IMG/VR virus record: IMGVR_UViG_3300035180_001680
Reading direction: 5' to 3' (one strand)
DNA: 64,000 bases
DNA from: a virus
Taxonomy: Duplodnaviria > Caudoviricetes
Shown: positions 7,545 through 16,430 of the stretch, one piece after another
Layout of the letters: every line of letters starts with the position of its first letter
Numbering within the stretch: the stretch's first letter is position 1
Position numbers and translations under genes: made by a program
The notes under the pieces: model-generated
What the model saw: the letters and a program-made list of their open reading frames with translations, nothing else
What the model was told of the DNA's origin: nothing
Database searches by the model: none

Positions 7545-8872
7545 TCACCCCAGCAAGTTCTGAATACATTAAAGATCAACGTAAACAATATTTTTTATAT
7601 ACAATTTCTGATAGAGCCATTCCTCATTTGTCTGATGGATTAAAAGCTAGTCAAAGACGGGGATTGTGGATAGGAAGAAATGGGGACAAGATGAAAACAT
7701 CGTCTCTTGCTGGTGCCACTATGCCTCTCCATCCACACTCGGAAATATCTGACGTGTTGAGTAATATGGCTGGGGTTTGGAGTAACAATATCCCATTGCT
7801 TACTGGGTATGGAGCTTTTGGAACCATGTTAGCTCCTGGAAGCTATGGTGCACCTCGGTATACAAGTGTTAAAGTATCGGAGTTTACAAAAGATGTTGTG
7901 TTTAGGGACATTGAAATAATTCCTATGCAACCCAATTACGATGACACTCTGGAAGAACCGTTATACTTTCTTCCTCTGGTTCCTATTGTTTTACTTAATC
8001 CTTCTTTTGGTATGACTGGAGGGTTTAAGTGTAATATCCTTCCTTTTGATTTAAAAGATATAATAAATGCTCAACTTTCTCATTTAAATAAAAAGACAGT
8101 TAATGAAGTTTTACCATTTTTTAAACCGATTGAATGCCGAGCTGTATCAAAAGTTGACGATGTTAAAACAAAAAACTCTCGCTATGTGTTTGAGGGTGAA
8201 TTTAAACAACTAAATTCATCAGAAATCCAAATAACTAAACTTCCATATGGTGTTGTTCATAAAAAATATGTAGAACATTTGGATAGTTTGGAAGAAGATT
8301 TCAAGATTGTTGGATATGATGATTTATCAAAAGACAAGATAGACATTATTGTAAAATTTGCACGCGGTTTTGTAAATAAAACAAGCAATGAAGATATGAT
8401 TAAACTGTTGCAGTTATACAATGCTGAAACAGAAATCATGAATGTAGTTTATTTTGATGGTGAAACAGTTTTAAATACTACCTTTGTTGATGTTATACAA
8501 AAGTTCACAGACTGGAGATTAGCATTTTACACCAAACGGTATCAACGTTTGGTAGATTTACTTGATATTGAAATTCAAAAATTTAGAGATGTGATCACAG
8601 CGATTGAAAAAAACGTTAATGGTGTTGCTACAAAAACAAAATCAAAAAGTGAACTGGAAGAATATCTTGAATATATTGGAATAGTTTATCTTGACTATAT
8701 ATCGTCACTTCCGGTATATCGTTTTACTGAAGATGAGAAACATAAAGTAGAACAAAAGTTACAAAGTGCTTTAGATCAAAGGGAAGAATATGTTAATTTG
8801 TTGACTTTCCCTGAAAAAAGAGTGAATGTTTACATAAACGAACTTAAAGAGGTATTAAAAAAATATGGATAA
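7541..8872 (+). CDS. type II topoisomerase medium subunit (gp52/GyrA-like)
   Basis: RAIPHLSDGLKASQRR, catalytic GAPRYT and EEPLYFLP; start at ATG 7541. Confidence 0.95.
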   Translation: MITPASSEYIKDQRKQYFLYTISDRAIPHLSDGLKASQRRGLWIGRNGDKMKTSSLAGATMPLHPHSEISDVLSNMAGVWSNNIPLLTGYGAFGTMLAPGSYGAPRYTSVKVSEFTKDVVFRDIEIIPMQPNYDDTLEEPLYFLPLVPIVLLNPSFGMTGGFKCNILPFDLKDIINAQLSHLNKKTVNEVLPFFKPIECRAVSKVDDVKTKNSRYVFEGEFKQLNSSEIQITKLPYGVVHKKYVEHLDSLEEDFKIVGYDDLSKDKIDIIVKFARGFVNKTSNEDMIKLLQLYNAETEIMNVVYFDGETVLNTTFVDVIQKFTDWRLAFYTKRYQRLVDLLDIEIQKFRDVITAIEKNVNGVATKTKSKSELEEYLEYIGIVYLDYISSLPVYRFTEDEKHKVEQKLQSALDQREEYVNLLTFPEKRVNVYINELKEVLKKYG

Positions 8873-9069
8873 GTCAATACAAGAAATGATTAATTTGTTC
8901 CGTGAAAATATTCCTAAATATCATAGCGGAAGAACTTGTTAATGTCCAACCCATGCCAAATAATATTGATTTTAAAGCGTTAGCTGAACATCCACTATGG
9001 GTATCATATTGTATTCGACACCGAATTGGTGTCACAAATGAGGCAAACGGAGAAACAAACGATGAATAA
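8865..9069 (+). pseudogene. frameshifted mini-gene with a major-capsid (Gol peptide)-like motif
   Basis: Removing one A of AAA 8916-8918 gives a single 67-aa ORF MDKSIQEMINLFRENIPNIIAEELVNVQPMPNNIDF...NDE that overlaps both flanking genes. Confidence 0.6.
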
Positions 9070-9454
9070 ATTTTTAATGATAGGACTAATCTCTGTGATA
9101 ACGGGATGTTCTGTAGTTGGTGCCAAGTATGATGCTAATGAATATTCTACATTCACTCGCATCGCAGCAGAAGCAATGGAGGCAAAACAAGTTTGTGGTA
9201 ATCAGGAGCAAGTTAGATATTACGCTTCACGACTTCGAGACGATTCTGCATTCGCTGTAATATATACAAAATATGAACCGTATAACGAAGAAACATTTCA
9301 AATGGCCACAGAAATCAAAAAAATGGTAGATGAACTTAATGTGTCCGTGGATAAGGGGAATATGCCCCAAACATTTTGTTCAATTAAACTTGATATCATT
9401 CAACAATCTGCAGAAACGGCGATGAGGTCTTCTACATCTAAAAGGAACCAATAA
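9062..9454 (+). CDS. predicted lipoprotein
   Basis: Signal MNKFLMIGLISVITG-C with a lipobox; GGAG upstream. Confidence 0.7.
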   Translation: MNKFLMIGLISVITGCSVVGAKYDANEYSTFTRIAAEAMEAKQVCGNQEQVRYYASRLRDDSAFAVIYTKYEPYNEETFQMATEIKKMVDELNVSVDKGNMPQTFCSIKLDIIQQSAETAMRSSTSKRNQ

Positions 9455-9456
9455 AC

Positions 9457-9690
9457 ATGAATATCAGCGACATACTTTCTTCAACAGACCAAACGGCTGT
9501 ATTTTTGGGTCAACAAGCCCAAAGAGCCAAAACAGCTCTCGATTCGGGTGCAATTACTCAAGCGGAGTATGATGAGTTAGTTGGTGATTTAACAGACTTA
9601 GAATGGATAGATTCATTAGCCAGAACTGTTGAAGAGAAGGCAAGGCTTTATCAAGTTGTTCAATTTTTAATCGGATTTTTGAAAAAATGA
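9457..9690 (+). CDS. hypothetical helical protein
   Basis: Tightly packed after the lipoprotein gene. Confidence 0.65.
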   Translation: MNISDILSSTDQTAVFLGQQAQRAKTALDSGAITQAEYDELVGDLTDLEWIDSLARTVEEKARLYQVVQFLIGFLKK

Positions 9691-10016
9691 CCGGACGAAT
9701 ACTTACTTGTGTATATTGTGGACACGAATATCCTCAAGACACTCCGGCATTTGGGAGTGATATATTAACTGAACACATCAAAGTATGTGAACAACACCCA
9801 CTCCGAAAAGCCGAACAACAAATCTCTGTGTTACGTTCTGCATTAGTTGGTTTACTGGGGGTTGATGGGAAAAATGATTTGATTCAAATGAAAACACACA
9901 TTCAGAACTTTCCTGACACTGAACCCAACAAAGCCGTTAGTCTTAATGCAATAAACGCATTATTGGACACCACAAATAAAAATCAAAGGACGAAAAATGA
10001 AAACATACAGCGATGA
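9687..10016 (+). CDS. Zn-finger-containing hypothetical protein
   Basis: CVYC...EHIKVCEQHP followed by a coiled segment. Confidence 0.65.
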   Translation: MTGRILTCVYCGHEYPQDTPAFGSDILTEHIKVCEQHPLRKAEQQISVLRSALVGLLGVDGKNDLIQMKTHIQNFPDTEPNKAVSLNAINALLDTTNKNQRTKNENIQR

Positions 10017-10182
10017 TATTATTACCCCTGACGCACACAAACAGTCAATGGAACAAGCCAGTGAACTTATTATTCAACAAACAACAAAACAAATTCAACC
10101 ATTAGCCAATTGGGTATACGCCAGTTTTGTTTTAAATCTTGTATTACTTATTACTTTCGTTTATTTGATTATTAAATTTTAA
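9997..10182 (+). CDS. small protein with C-terminal transmembrane helix
   Basis: WVYASFVLNLVLLITFVYLII hydrophobic tail. Confidence 0.6.
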   Translation: MKTYSDDIITPDAHKQSMEQASELIIQQTTKQIQPLANWVYASFVLNLVLLITFVYLIIKF

Positions 10183-10203
10183 TTTTGGAGAATATTTTTT
10201 AAA

Positions 10204-10440
10204 ATGAAACGCAACAACCATGAAGTTAATCGTTTAGTAAATTATGCAAAAAAAGCAACACCAGAAGAATTAATGGACGATTATGGGATTGAAATATTGG
10301 AAAATGGTAAAATTTATGATCCAGTAGAAGACATGACATTTAATAATTTGGCTGAATGGGCTGAAGATGTTGTTAGTTATGATATCGAAGATGATTATGA
10401 TATCAAAAAATCAAACAAATATGATGAAGAAGATTATTAA
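10204..10440 (+). CDS. acidic hypothetical protein
   Basis: GGAG upstream; D/E-rich sequence. Confidence 0.65.
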   Translation: MKRNNHEVNRLVNYAKKATPEELMDDYGIEILENGKIYDPVEDMTFNNLAEWAEDVVSYDIEDDYDIKKSNKYDEEDY

Positions 10441-10441
10441 A

Positions 10442-10741
10442 ATGAAAAATTCTCAACAATCAGATTTACTTCAAGTTTTAATGGATGCAGATGCATCCAT
10501 TAATAATTCTCTTGGTGATTATCGACGAACGAATGATGTAGACACACTAATCAAACAGACGAATGAAGTCCAGGCGTTTTTACTTGAACAAATTAAACAA
10601 CACAGAAAACCAGAACCGCCATTTTGTTATGGCTTAGATGATTGTTCAACTGCATCTCTCTCTGTGTGTTCCTGGAGAGATAGTTGTGGATCACCTGAAA
10701 GTTTACTTGTTTATATGGAACGAGAGAAACCAAAATCCTAA
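10442..10741 (+). CDS. hypothetical protein with C-terminal Cys cluster
   Basis: ATG 10442 next to the previous stop; PFCYGLDDCSTASLSVCSWRDSC. Confidence 0.55.
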   Translation: MKNSQQSDLLQVLMDADASINNSLGDYRRTNDVDTLIKQTNEVQAFLLEQIKQHRKPEPPFCYGLDDCSTASLSVCSWRDSCGSPESLLVYMEREKPKS

Positions 10742-10941
10742 TAATCTAAAAAAAATTCAATTTCTTTTTTGATTGTGTTCCATTTATCTTTAAGTAGTTG
10801 TTTATCTCCACTATATTCAATAACTTCAGTATTTTTTCCGTCGATTGAATCAAATGTTAATTTGTGGTAATGTTTATCTTCGTCTATAAAAAGAAATTTC
10901 AATTGAATAAATTCTTGCATATATTCCTTAATTATTAACAA
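10738..10941 (-). CDS. hypothetical protein
   Basis: ORF downstream of nrdJ on the same strand; start may be ATG 10920. Confidence 0.45.
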   Translation of the reverse strand: MLIIKEYMQEFIQLKFLFIDEDKHYHKLTFDSIDGKNTEVIEYSGDKQLLKDKWNTIKKEIEFFLDY

Positions 10942-11167
10942 ATTCTCGGTTAAGTAGATTATTTAGATAGATTTTATCATGTCTATCTAATTGACTTTCA
11001 AATGTGTCTAACATCTGTCGAGGACTCATACAATCGTCTTGTATTTGGTTGAGAGGAAACCGAAAGGACAGTTGGTTACACCAACAACTAGAACTCTGGG
11101 TGCAGTGTAACTGTTCTGGTTTTACCTGTAGTGCTTTCATTCTTAAAAACAATTTATCATCACACAT
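10928..11167 (-). CDS. small Cys-rich protein (CWC motif)
   Basis: HCTQSSSCWCNQL...DCMSP. Confidence 0.5.
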   Translation of the reverse strand: MCDDKLFLRMKALQVKPEQLHCTQSSSCWCNQLSFRFPLNQIQDDCMSPRQMLDTFESQLDRHDKIYLNNLLNREFVNN

Positions 11168-11237
11168 TGTATTTTCCTATTTCTTCATTTTATTTACTAA
11201 CAATTTATTTACTCTCACAACATCCACAGAAGTAAAA

Positions 11238-11274
11238 CAGCGGGGAATTTTGTATGGAAGAAAATTCCCCGCTG
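11238..11274 (-). terminator. terminator of nrdJ
   Basis: Perfect 14-bp inverted repeat CAGCGGGGAATTTT/AAAATTCCCCGCTG, followed by a T run on the minus strand. Confidence 0.75.
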
Positions 11275-11283
11275 AAGTTATGA

Positions 11284-13917
11284 TTACCCACAACGGCTAG
11301 ACCCGCAATTGTTGCAGCGTTTACATCCTTCACTGAAAATTATGTTAGTTCCGCCACAATTACTACATTTTTCTCCTTCAACTTTTTCTCCATCTTTGAT
11401 GTATGTTGATAAAAATTTACGAATTTGGAATAAAAATGAGCCAACATAAATGTCTTCAACGTGGTCAAGGACAGCTACGACATTTTTAATAAGTACACCG
11501 TGACGAAGGTTTAAACTAATTGCCCTGGCGATTTTGGTTGGATTGTTATCAATGTCCATTTTTTTCTGGGTATCTTCAATCCACTTACTTGGAATGCCTT
11601 TATCGGTTGCCAACTTTATTAAACGCTCAACAGCATCATGAGTTGTTACTGTTTTTTCATAATGGTTCGTGTGAACAAAGAACGCAATTGGACGAACTCC
11701 AGAATTATCAAGAATAGTAGTTAAATACCACTTCTTCCCATCAGCTTTGATCGTGCTCACCATTGCCGGTGCCTGATTTGGAACTTTAACATCTTCGAGG
11801 ATAATCTCTTCTTCCCCATTTAATGTTTCCTCTTTTGCAGATAACACAGTTGTCATTGTCCCGGAACGATATGTGGTAACACCTTTAACAACTCCACTAT
11901 TAAATGAGTCAAGGTAAATGTTTTGGAAATCTTCAAATGAGTAATCATTTGGAACATTCACTGTTTTAGACATAGCAGAGTCTACCCAACGAGCAAAACC
12001 TTTAAGGTCAGTAACGTGGTCATTCACGCCAAGATTTAGTGTTGTTACTGCCCAATCTGCACTTGGGTCCCATTCATTTCGTTCACTCAACCAACGAACT
12101 CCGTAGTCTTGACACAACACCTCTTTAGTCAATCCTCGGTTTTTGTCAATTTTGTAGACCGTTCCATTTGGACCAACTCCACGAAGAATCTCTTCATCGC
12201 CTTCCAGTGCACTTTTAAACATCTCTGTTTCGTGCCAAGCACCTTCATACCATTTAGGACACACATCAGCAATTTCTTCCGGCATTGTTCCAACAATAAC
12301 AGTTCTAATGTATTCAGGCATGAAAATTGGTTCTAAACCACCCGAAACCACGTTTGCAAGAATGCTTGTATTCCCTGTTGGTTGGATTGATAACAGGGAC
12401 GAATTTCTTATTCCTGTTGTTTGTAGTTTTTTCATATACTCCGCTGGTAAATTTAAACTTTGAATAAATGGACCTTTAGCATGAAGTTCAGGATTACAGT
12501 ATGTAAACATTCCTTTCTCTTCTGCTAAATCAATAGAGGACTTATATGCTTCTTTTGCAATTGTACTCATTATTTGTTCACGAAGTTCAGCTGCTTGTTC
12601 GCTTCCAAAACGAACTTTCAACATAAACAAAGCTGACCCCCAACCAAGAATTCCAATCCCAACCCTACGTTTGTTTTTCATGGAATCTGTGTATTCAGGA
12701 AGAGGGGCATTTGATAATGAACTCACATTATCCAGAAAACGATTTAAGTATTTTGTATATTTTGCAATCTTTTCAAGATCGAAACCAGTTCTGTCTTTGT
12801 TTATAAATTGAGTTAGATTGAGCGAACCCAAATTACAAACACCCCCCGGAGCTAGTGTCTGTTCTCCACAAGGGTTTGTGGCATATATTGTTTCAAGGTA
12901 ATTTAATGGACCAAAATAGTTTGCACGGTCTAAAAATAAAACTCCAGGCTCGGCACGATTGTATGTGCTTTCCATAATTAAATTCCACAACCAAGTAGCA
13001 GAAACAACTCTATGGGTTGTAGTTGGGTATCCTTTTGACTCCCAATCTTTAATATTGCCTTGCCACTCTTCCTTATATTTTGGGTGTTTAGTATCAGGAA
13101 AACGGAGGGACCACTGGTCCAATATTTCTTTTTCGTTTTCTAGTATAGAAATTTGTAAAGCTGAACTGGATGTTACATCTTTATTATCAAGAACCTGAAT
13201 TTCTTTATTTTTAAGATATTCAATATCTCGTTCGATTTCTAAAACCTTAACAACCTTTTCCATAAACTCATCTGTGCAGTTAACTGAAATGTTGAACTTT
13301 GTTAAACGCCCTGGCTGTTGTTTGGCTGTGATAAATTCAATAATATCAGGATGCCAAACGTCCATAACACCCATCATAGCACCTTTACGAATCTTTCCTT
13401 TGGCTTTTTTGTGTTCACTCTTTTTGCCAGAACCTGCTGTAATTACATCAGACGTTTTGTCATAAATTTCCATGTATTTTACAGCACCAGGAGATTCTAC
13501 ACCAATTCCTCCAATGAACGATCCTCTGGGACGAATGAAGGAAAAGTTTTGACCCCACCCACCTTCAGACTTGAGTGTTTGACATTGATTACTAACGTCT
13601 TTTAAAATTGCATCAAGAGAATCAATATCATAATTATCTCTGGGACTCACAAAACAATTCATTAATGTGGTTCCATTCCACTCTGTACCAGCGTTTGAAT
13701 AAATTCTCCCACCAGTAGTACATTTAAACCCAGACAACATATCGTAAAAATTATTTTCCCACAGGTCTTGTTTGTTCTGATCTTCAACGCTTGCTGCAGC
13801 TTTTGCAACTCTACGTATTGTGTCATTTATTGTTATATCATTATGGTCTTTATATGTTGTTCTCCACACTTCCTCGGAAAATGAATCTTCGAAAATGGTT
13901 CCTTGGTTGTCAATCAT
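11284..13917 (-). CDS. nrdJ: class II (adenosylcobalamin-dependent) ribonucleotide reductase
   Basis: GGRIYSNAG, LMNCFV, TNPCGEQ, IQPTG, SAMSKTVN, KGVTTYR; C-terminal CxxC...CxxC ribbon. Confidence 0.9.
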   Translation of the reverse strand: MIDNQGTIFEDSFSEEVWRTTYKDHNDITINDTIRRVAKAAASVEDQNKQDLWENNFYDMLSGFKCTTGGRIYSNAGTEWNGTTLMNCFVSPRDNYDIDSLDAILKDVSNQCQTLKSEGGWGQNFSFIRPRGSFIGGIGVESPGAVKYMEIYDKTSDVITAGSGKKSEHKKAKGKIRKGAMMGVMDVWHPDIIEFITAKQQPGRLTKFNISVNCTDEFMEKVVKVLEIERDIEYLKNKEIQVLDNKDVTSSSALQISILENEKEILDQWSLRFPDTKHPKYKEEWQGNIKDWESKGYPTTTHRVVSATWLWNLIMESTYNRAEPGVLFLDRANYFGPLNYLETIYATNPCGEQTLAPGGVCNLGSLNLTQFINKDRTGFDLEKIAKYTKYLNRFLDNVSSLSNAPLPEYTDSMKNKRRVGIGILGWGSALFMLKVRFGSEQAAELREQIMSTIAKEAYKSSIDLAEEKGMFTYCNPELHAKGPFIQSLNLPAEYMKKLQTTGIRNSSLLSIQPTGNTSILANVVSGGLEPIFMPEYIRTVIVGTMPEEIADVCPKWYEGAWHETEMFKSALEGDEEILRGVGPNGTVYKIDKNRGLTKEVLCQDYGVRWLSERNEWDPSADWAVTTLNLGVNDHVTDLKGFARWVDSAMSKTVNVPNDYSFEDFQNIYLDSFNSGVVKGVTTYRSGTMTTVLSAKEETLNGEEEIILEDVKVPNQAPAMVSTIKADGKKWYLTTILDNSGVRPIAFFVHTNHYEKTVTTHDAVERLIKLATDKGIPSKWIEDTQKKMDIDNNPTKIARAISLNLRHGVLIKNVVAVLDHVEDIYVGSFLFQIRKFLSTYIKDGEKVEGEKCSNCGGTNIIFSEGCKRCNNCGSSRCG

Positions 13918-13937
13918 TTACTGTTCTCCTGTTAAAA

Positions 13938-14351
13938 TTATTGTATTTGTTCAGTATATATTTCGTGTTTCTTGAGATAATCCATTCCCCGATTGTCGTT
14001 AGTTTTGGACGTCTCATTGTAAAAAACTTCTGTTACCCCCTCTTCGACAATCTTTTCAGCACAACGAATACATGGTTGTTTGGTGATGAACATAGATGAA
14101 CCTTTGGCTGTTCGGTGTTCTCGCTTGAGTTTTCTCAAAGCATTGTCTTCTGCATGTATTACATTTGGTTTAGTATTACCATCTTTATCTTCACAACAAT
14201 TGTCTTCACCTGCTTCAGTTCCATTATAACCAAACGATATGATCGAATCGTTTAAAACTATAACACAACCAACTTTTCTTTTTATACAGTGAGACAAGGA
14301 AGCATAAATGAATGCCACCTTCATGTGTGCTTTTTTGTATTTTTCTTTCAT
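13938..14351 (-). CDS. dCMP deaminase
   Basis: RKVGCVIV, GYNG, IHAEDNA and PCIRC Zn motifs. Confidence 0.92.
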   Translation of the reverse strand: MKEKYKKAHMKVAFIYASLSHCIKRKVGCVIVLNDSIISFGYNGTEAGEDNCCEDKDGNTKPNVIHAEDNALRKLKREHRTAKGSSMFITKQPCIRCAEKIVEEGVTEVFYNETSKTNDNRGMDYLKKHEIYTEQIQ

Positions 14352-14474
14352 AAGTGAGTTTTATTTATTGTTGTTTTTATTGTTTTTCTAACCTTTTGTT
14401 TAGAAAAAACTTTTTAGTTAATAGACATAATTATATTGTATTACATGAAATACCTCAACACCATAATTTATTTG

Positions 14475-14503
14475 TTGACTTTTTCTTTGAGTTATTTTAT
14501 CAT
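14475..14503 (+). promoter_or_regulatory. sigma70-like promoter
   Basis: TTGACT-17 nt-TATCAT. Confidence 0.6.
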
Positions 14504-14570
14504 GATCTTGTGGTGTTCACCACAAATGAGCCCCAGAAATGGGAATATTAACCTCACAAAGAGGTATTTT

Positions 14571-14867
14571 ATGGCAGAAAACCGTGAACGTGAAGTACGA
14601 GTGGTTAACGTCCACAAGACTGTTGATTACTTAAACCGTTCCTTTCAAGAAGCTTCTCGTGGTCTTCCATTAGCCCAGTTGGCTAGGTGGAAAGATCCAT
14701 CGGCAAGAGAATTGGAAGGAGAACGTCATTACAATTATCAAGTTGAAATGGCGTACTTTATCGACAACATCAAACGTGGGCCGAGTTACATGGTACCGAA
14801 GTTGATTTCGGACTGTAATAGGTTGATTGAAGATGTAAAAAGTGAAAAAGAACAAAAATCTACATAA
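14571..14867 (+). CDS. hypothetical protein
   Basis: GAGG RBS before ATG 14571 (MAENREREVRVV...). Confidence 0.7.
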   Translation: MAENREREVRVVNVHKTVDYLNRSFQEASRGLPLAQLARWKDPSARELEGERHYNYQVEMAYFIDNIKRGPSYMVPKLISDCNRLIEDVKSEKEQKST

Positions 14868-14886
14868 GTAAAATCATGTAGATAAT

Positions 14887-14916
14887 GAGGGATGTTCCCT
14901 TAAGGGGATATCCCTC
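14887..14916 (+). terminator. hairpin, probable terminator
   Basis: GAGGGATGTTCCC-TTAA-GGGGATATCCCTC 13-bp stem including G-U pairs. Confidence 0.55.
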
Positions 14917-14956
14917 TCTGTGTTTGTATTGTAAATATACAAAAACAATTTTGTAT

Positions 14957-15550
14957 ATGAAAATCCAAGAACTTTTCCAAGAACATAACAGCAAGTTATC
15001 AGCAGAACAAATAATGCTGTTATCTAATAATTGCAATCAATTTTTGTCTATGACAGATAAACCTCTGTTAAAAGGCTTTTTAAATCACACTGAAGATTTT
15101 GTAAAGATGAAGATTCGTTTTCACAAGCGACAGAGTGATTTGATAGATATTTTCAACGAAGCCTTTTTCGATAAATTCAACGTTTCAAATTTTCACCAAC
15201 GATCTATATTTGCAAACGGTGAACGTTCTTTTGTTAAAAACAAACTAACACAACCCTATTATGTTTTTCCAACAAACGAATTTAAATTTGCATATAGCAG
15301 AGAAATAAAAAATTCAAATTCCGAATACCAAAATACCTTCGAGTCTTTATTAGAGAAAATTGAGTTGAATGTAGACAATATAGCTGATATTGTTAAAGAC
15401 TTAATGATTTATTCGTACGTAGAGAACGAACTAGAACGGGGCATTGTTGAGGGTTGTGAAATAATAATATATAATATTCCATATTATTATGCTGTTAATG
15501 CGAACACATTTCCAAATTACAATGAATTATTACAACAAATAAAGAGATAG
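14957..15550 (+). CDS. putative head-packaged protein, possible degenerate ADP-ribosyltransferase-like fold
   Basis: MKIQELFQE leader; PLLKG...RSIFANG...PYYVFP...EIII pattern. Fold call is tentative. Confidence 0.45.
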   Translation: MKIQELFQEHNSKLSAEQIMLLSNNCNQFLSMTDKPLLKGFLNHTEDFVKMKIRFHKRQSDLIDIFNEAFFDKFNVSNFHQRSIFANGERSFVKNKLTQPYYVFPTNEFKFAYSREIKNSNSEYQNTFESLLEKIELNVDNIADIVKDLMIYSYVENELERGIVEGCEIIIYNIPYYYAVNANTFPNYNELLQQIKR

Positions 15551-15552
15551 AT

Positions 15553-15801
15553 ATGGAAACGAAAGAAAAAGAGGGAATCAATTTTGTGTATCACACCTTC
15601 GGGTCAGGAGAAACAATTAGAGCGATTATCCGTAAGTATAACCACAACGACATGTCAGAAGATATGCTAGTTAAATTTACAGAACGTTACAATGAAATAA
15701 ACGGGGGTGGTGTCCCTCATTTAGGACAACAAGTTAAAATTCCGTTATTTTTAGGTTTTGTAGGAATGAAACAACACAAACGTGGGTACGAAAATGATTG
15801 A
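15553..15801 (+). CDS. stand-alone LysM-like protein
   Basis: YHTFGSGETIRAIIRKY...EINGGGVPHLGQQVKIP. Confidence 0.65.
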   Translation: METKEKEGINFVYHTFGSGETIRAIIRKYNHNDMSEDMLVKFTERYNEINGGGVPHLGQQVKIPLFLGFVGMKQHKRGYEND

Positions 15802-16132
15802 TCTTTCCATGTTGTGGTTCTATCTTCAAACGATAACAACAAATCATAAAAAATTATTACAACTTATTGTTGGTTGTTCGTTTATATTTGGAACTACTAC
15901 TCTGTTAAGTCCACAAATTGCCGCACAGTCACCAATCCCTTGGTTATTATTTTTTTCAGGTAATGTGTTGTGGGCCCTTGAATCGTTGCTTCTTGGTTCT
16001 TATGCATACTTTTTTACAGGAACAATTTTCACACTCTATGATTTAATTTTGATTTATTCTCGTATTGTTGGAATAAATGAAATATCATGGAATACATCGT
16101 TCGTCAGTATGATGAACAACTATTTGTTATAG
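15794..16132 (+). CDS. small multi-pass membrane protein
   Basis: Three hydrophobic segments. Confidence 0.65.
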   Translation: MIDLSMLWFYLQTITTNHKKLLQLIVGCSFIFGTTTLLSPQIAAQSPIPWLLFFSGNVLWALESLLLGSYAYFFTGTIFTLYDLILIYSRIVGINEISWNTSFVSMMNNYLL

Positions 16133-16141
16133 GAGTTTTAC

Positions 16142-16426
16142 ATGTCAGTTAGAGGATTTAAATTAATAAACGGTGAAGAAGTTATAGGGGATGTCGATAG
16201 TCCAATAATAGATAATAAATATCATGTCAAGAATCCATATTGTGTTGTTCCACAACAAATGACAGATAGAGTGATTTTAAGTTTGGTTCCATGGACAATG
16301 AGTGGTGGTGAAAAAGCTACAATTGAACTTGAGCGTCATGCTGTTGCTGGTCACTTTAAAGTCTTGGACAGCGTTGAGCGGGAATATATAACTCAAACGA
16401 CTGGGATTCAATTAATAAAAGGATAA
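16142..16426 (+). CDS. Sm-like (LSm fold) protein
   Basis: FKLINGEEVIGDV...VKNP...LVPW...EYITQTTGIQL, typical of T4-like Sm-fold hypotheticals. Confidence 0.6.
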   Translation: MSVRGFKLINGEEVIGDVDSPIIDNKYHVKNPYCVVPQQMTDRVILSLVPWTMSGGEKATIELERHAVAGHFKVLDSVEREYITQTTGIQLIKG

Positions 16427-16430
16427 AACG

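Noticed and set aside
11520-14099. Plus-strand ORFs inside nrdJ and similar short antisense ORFs throughout the window
   Set aside because: They fully overlap strong conserved genes on the opposite strand and have no motifs or RBS.
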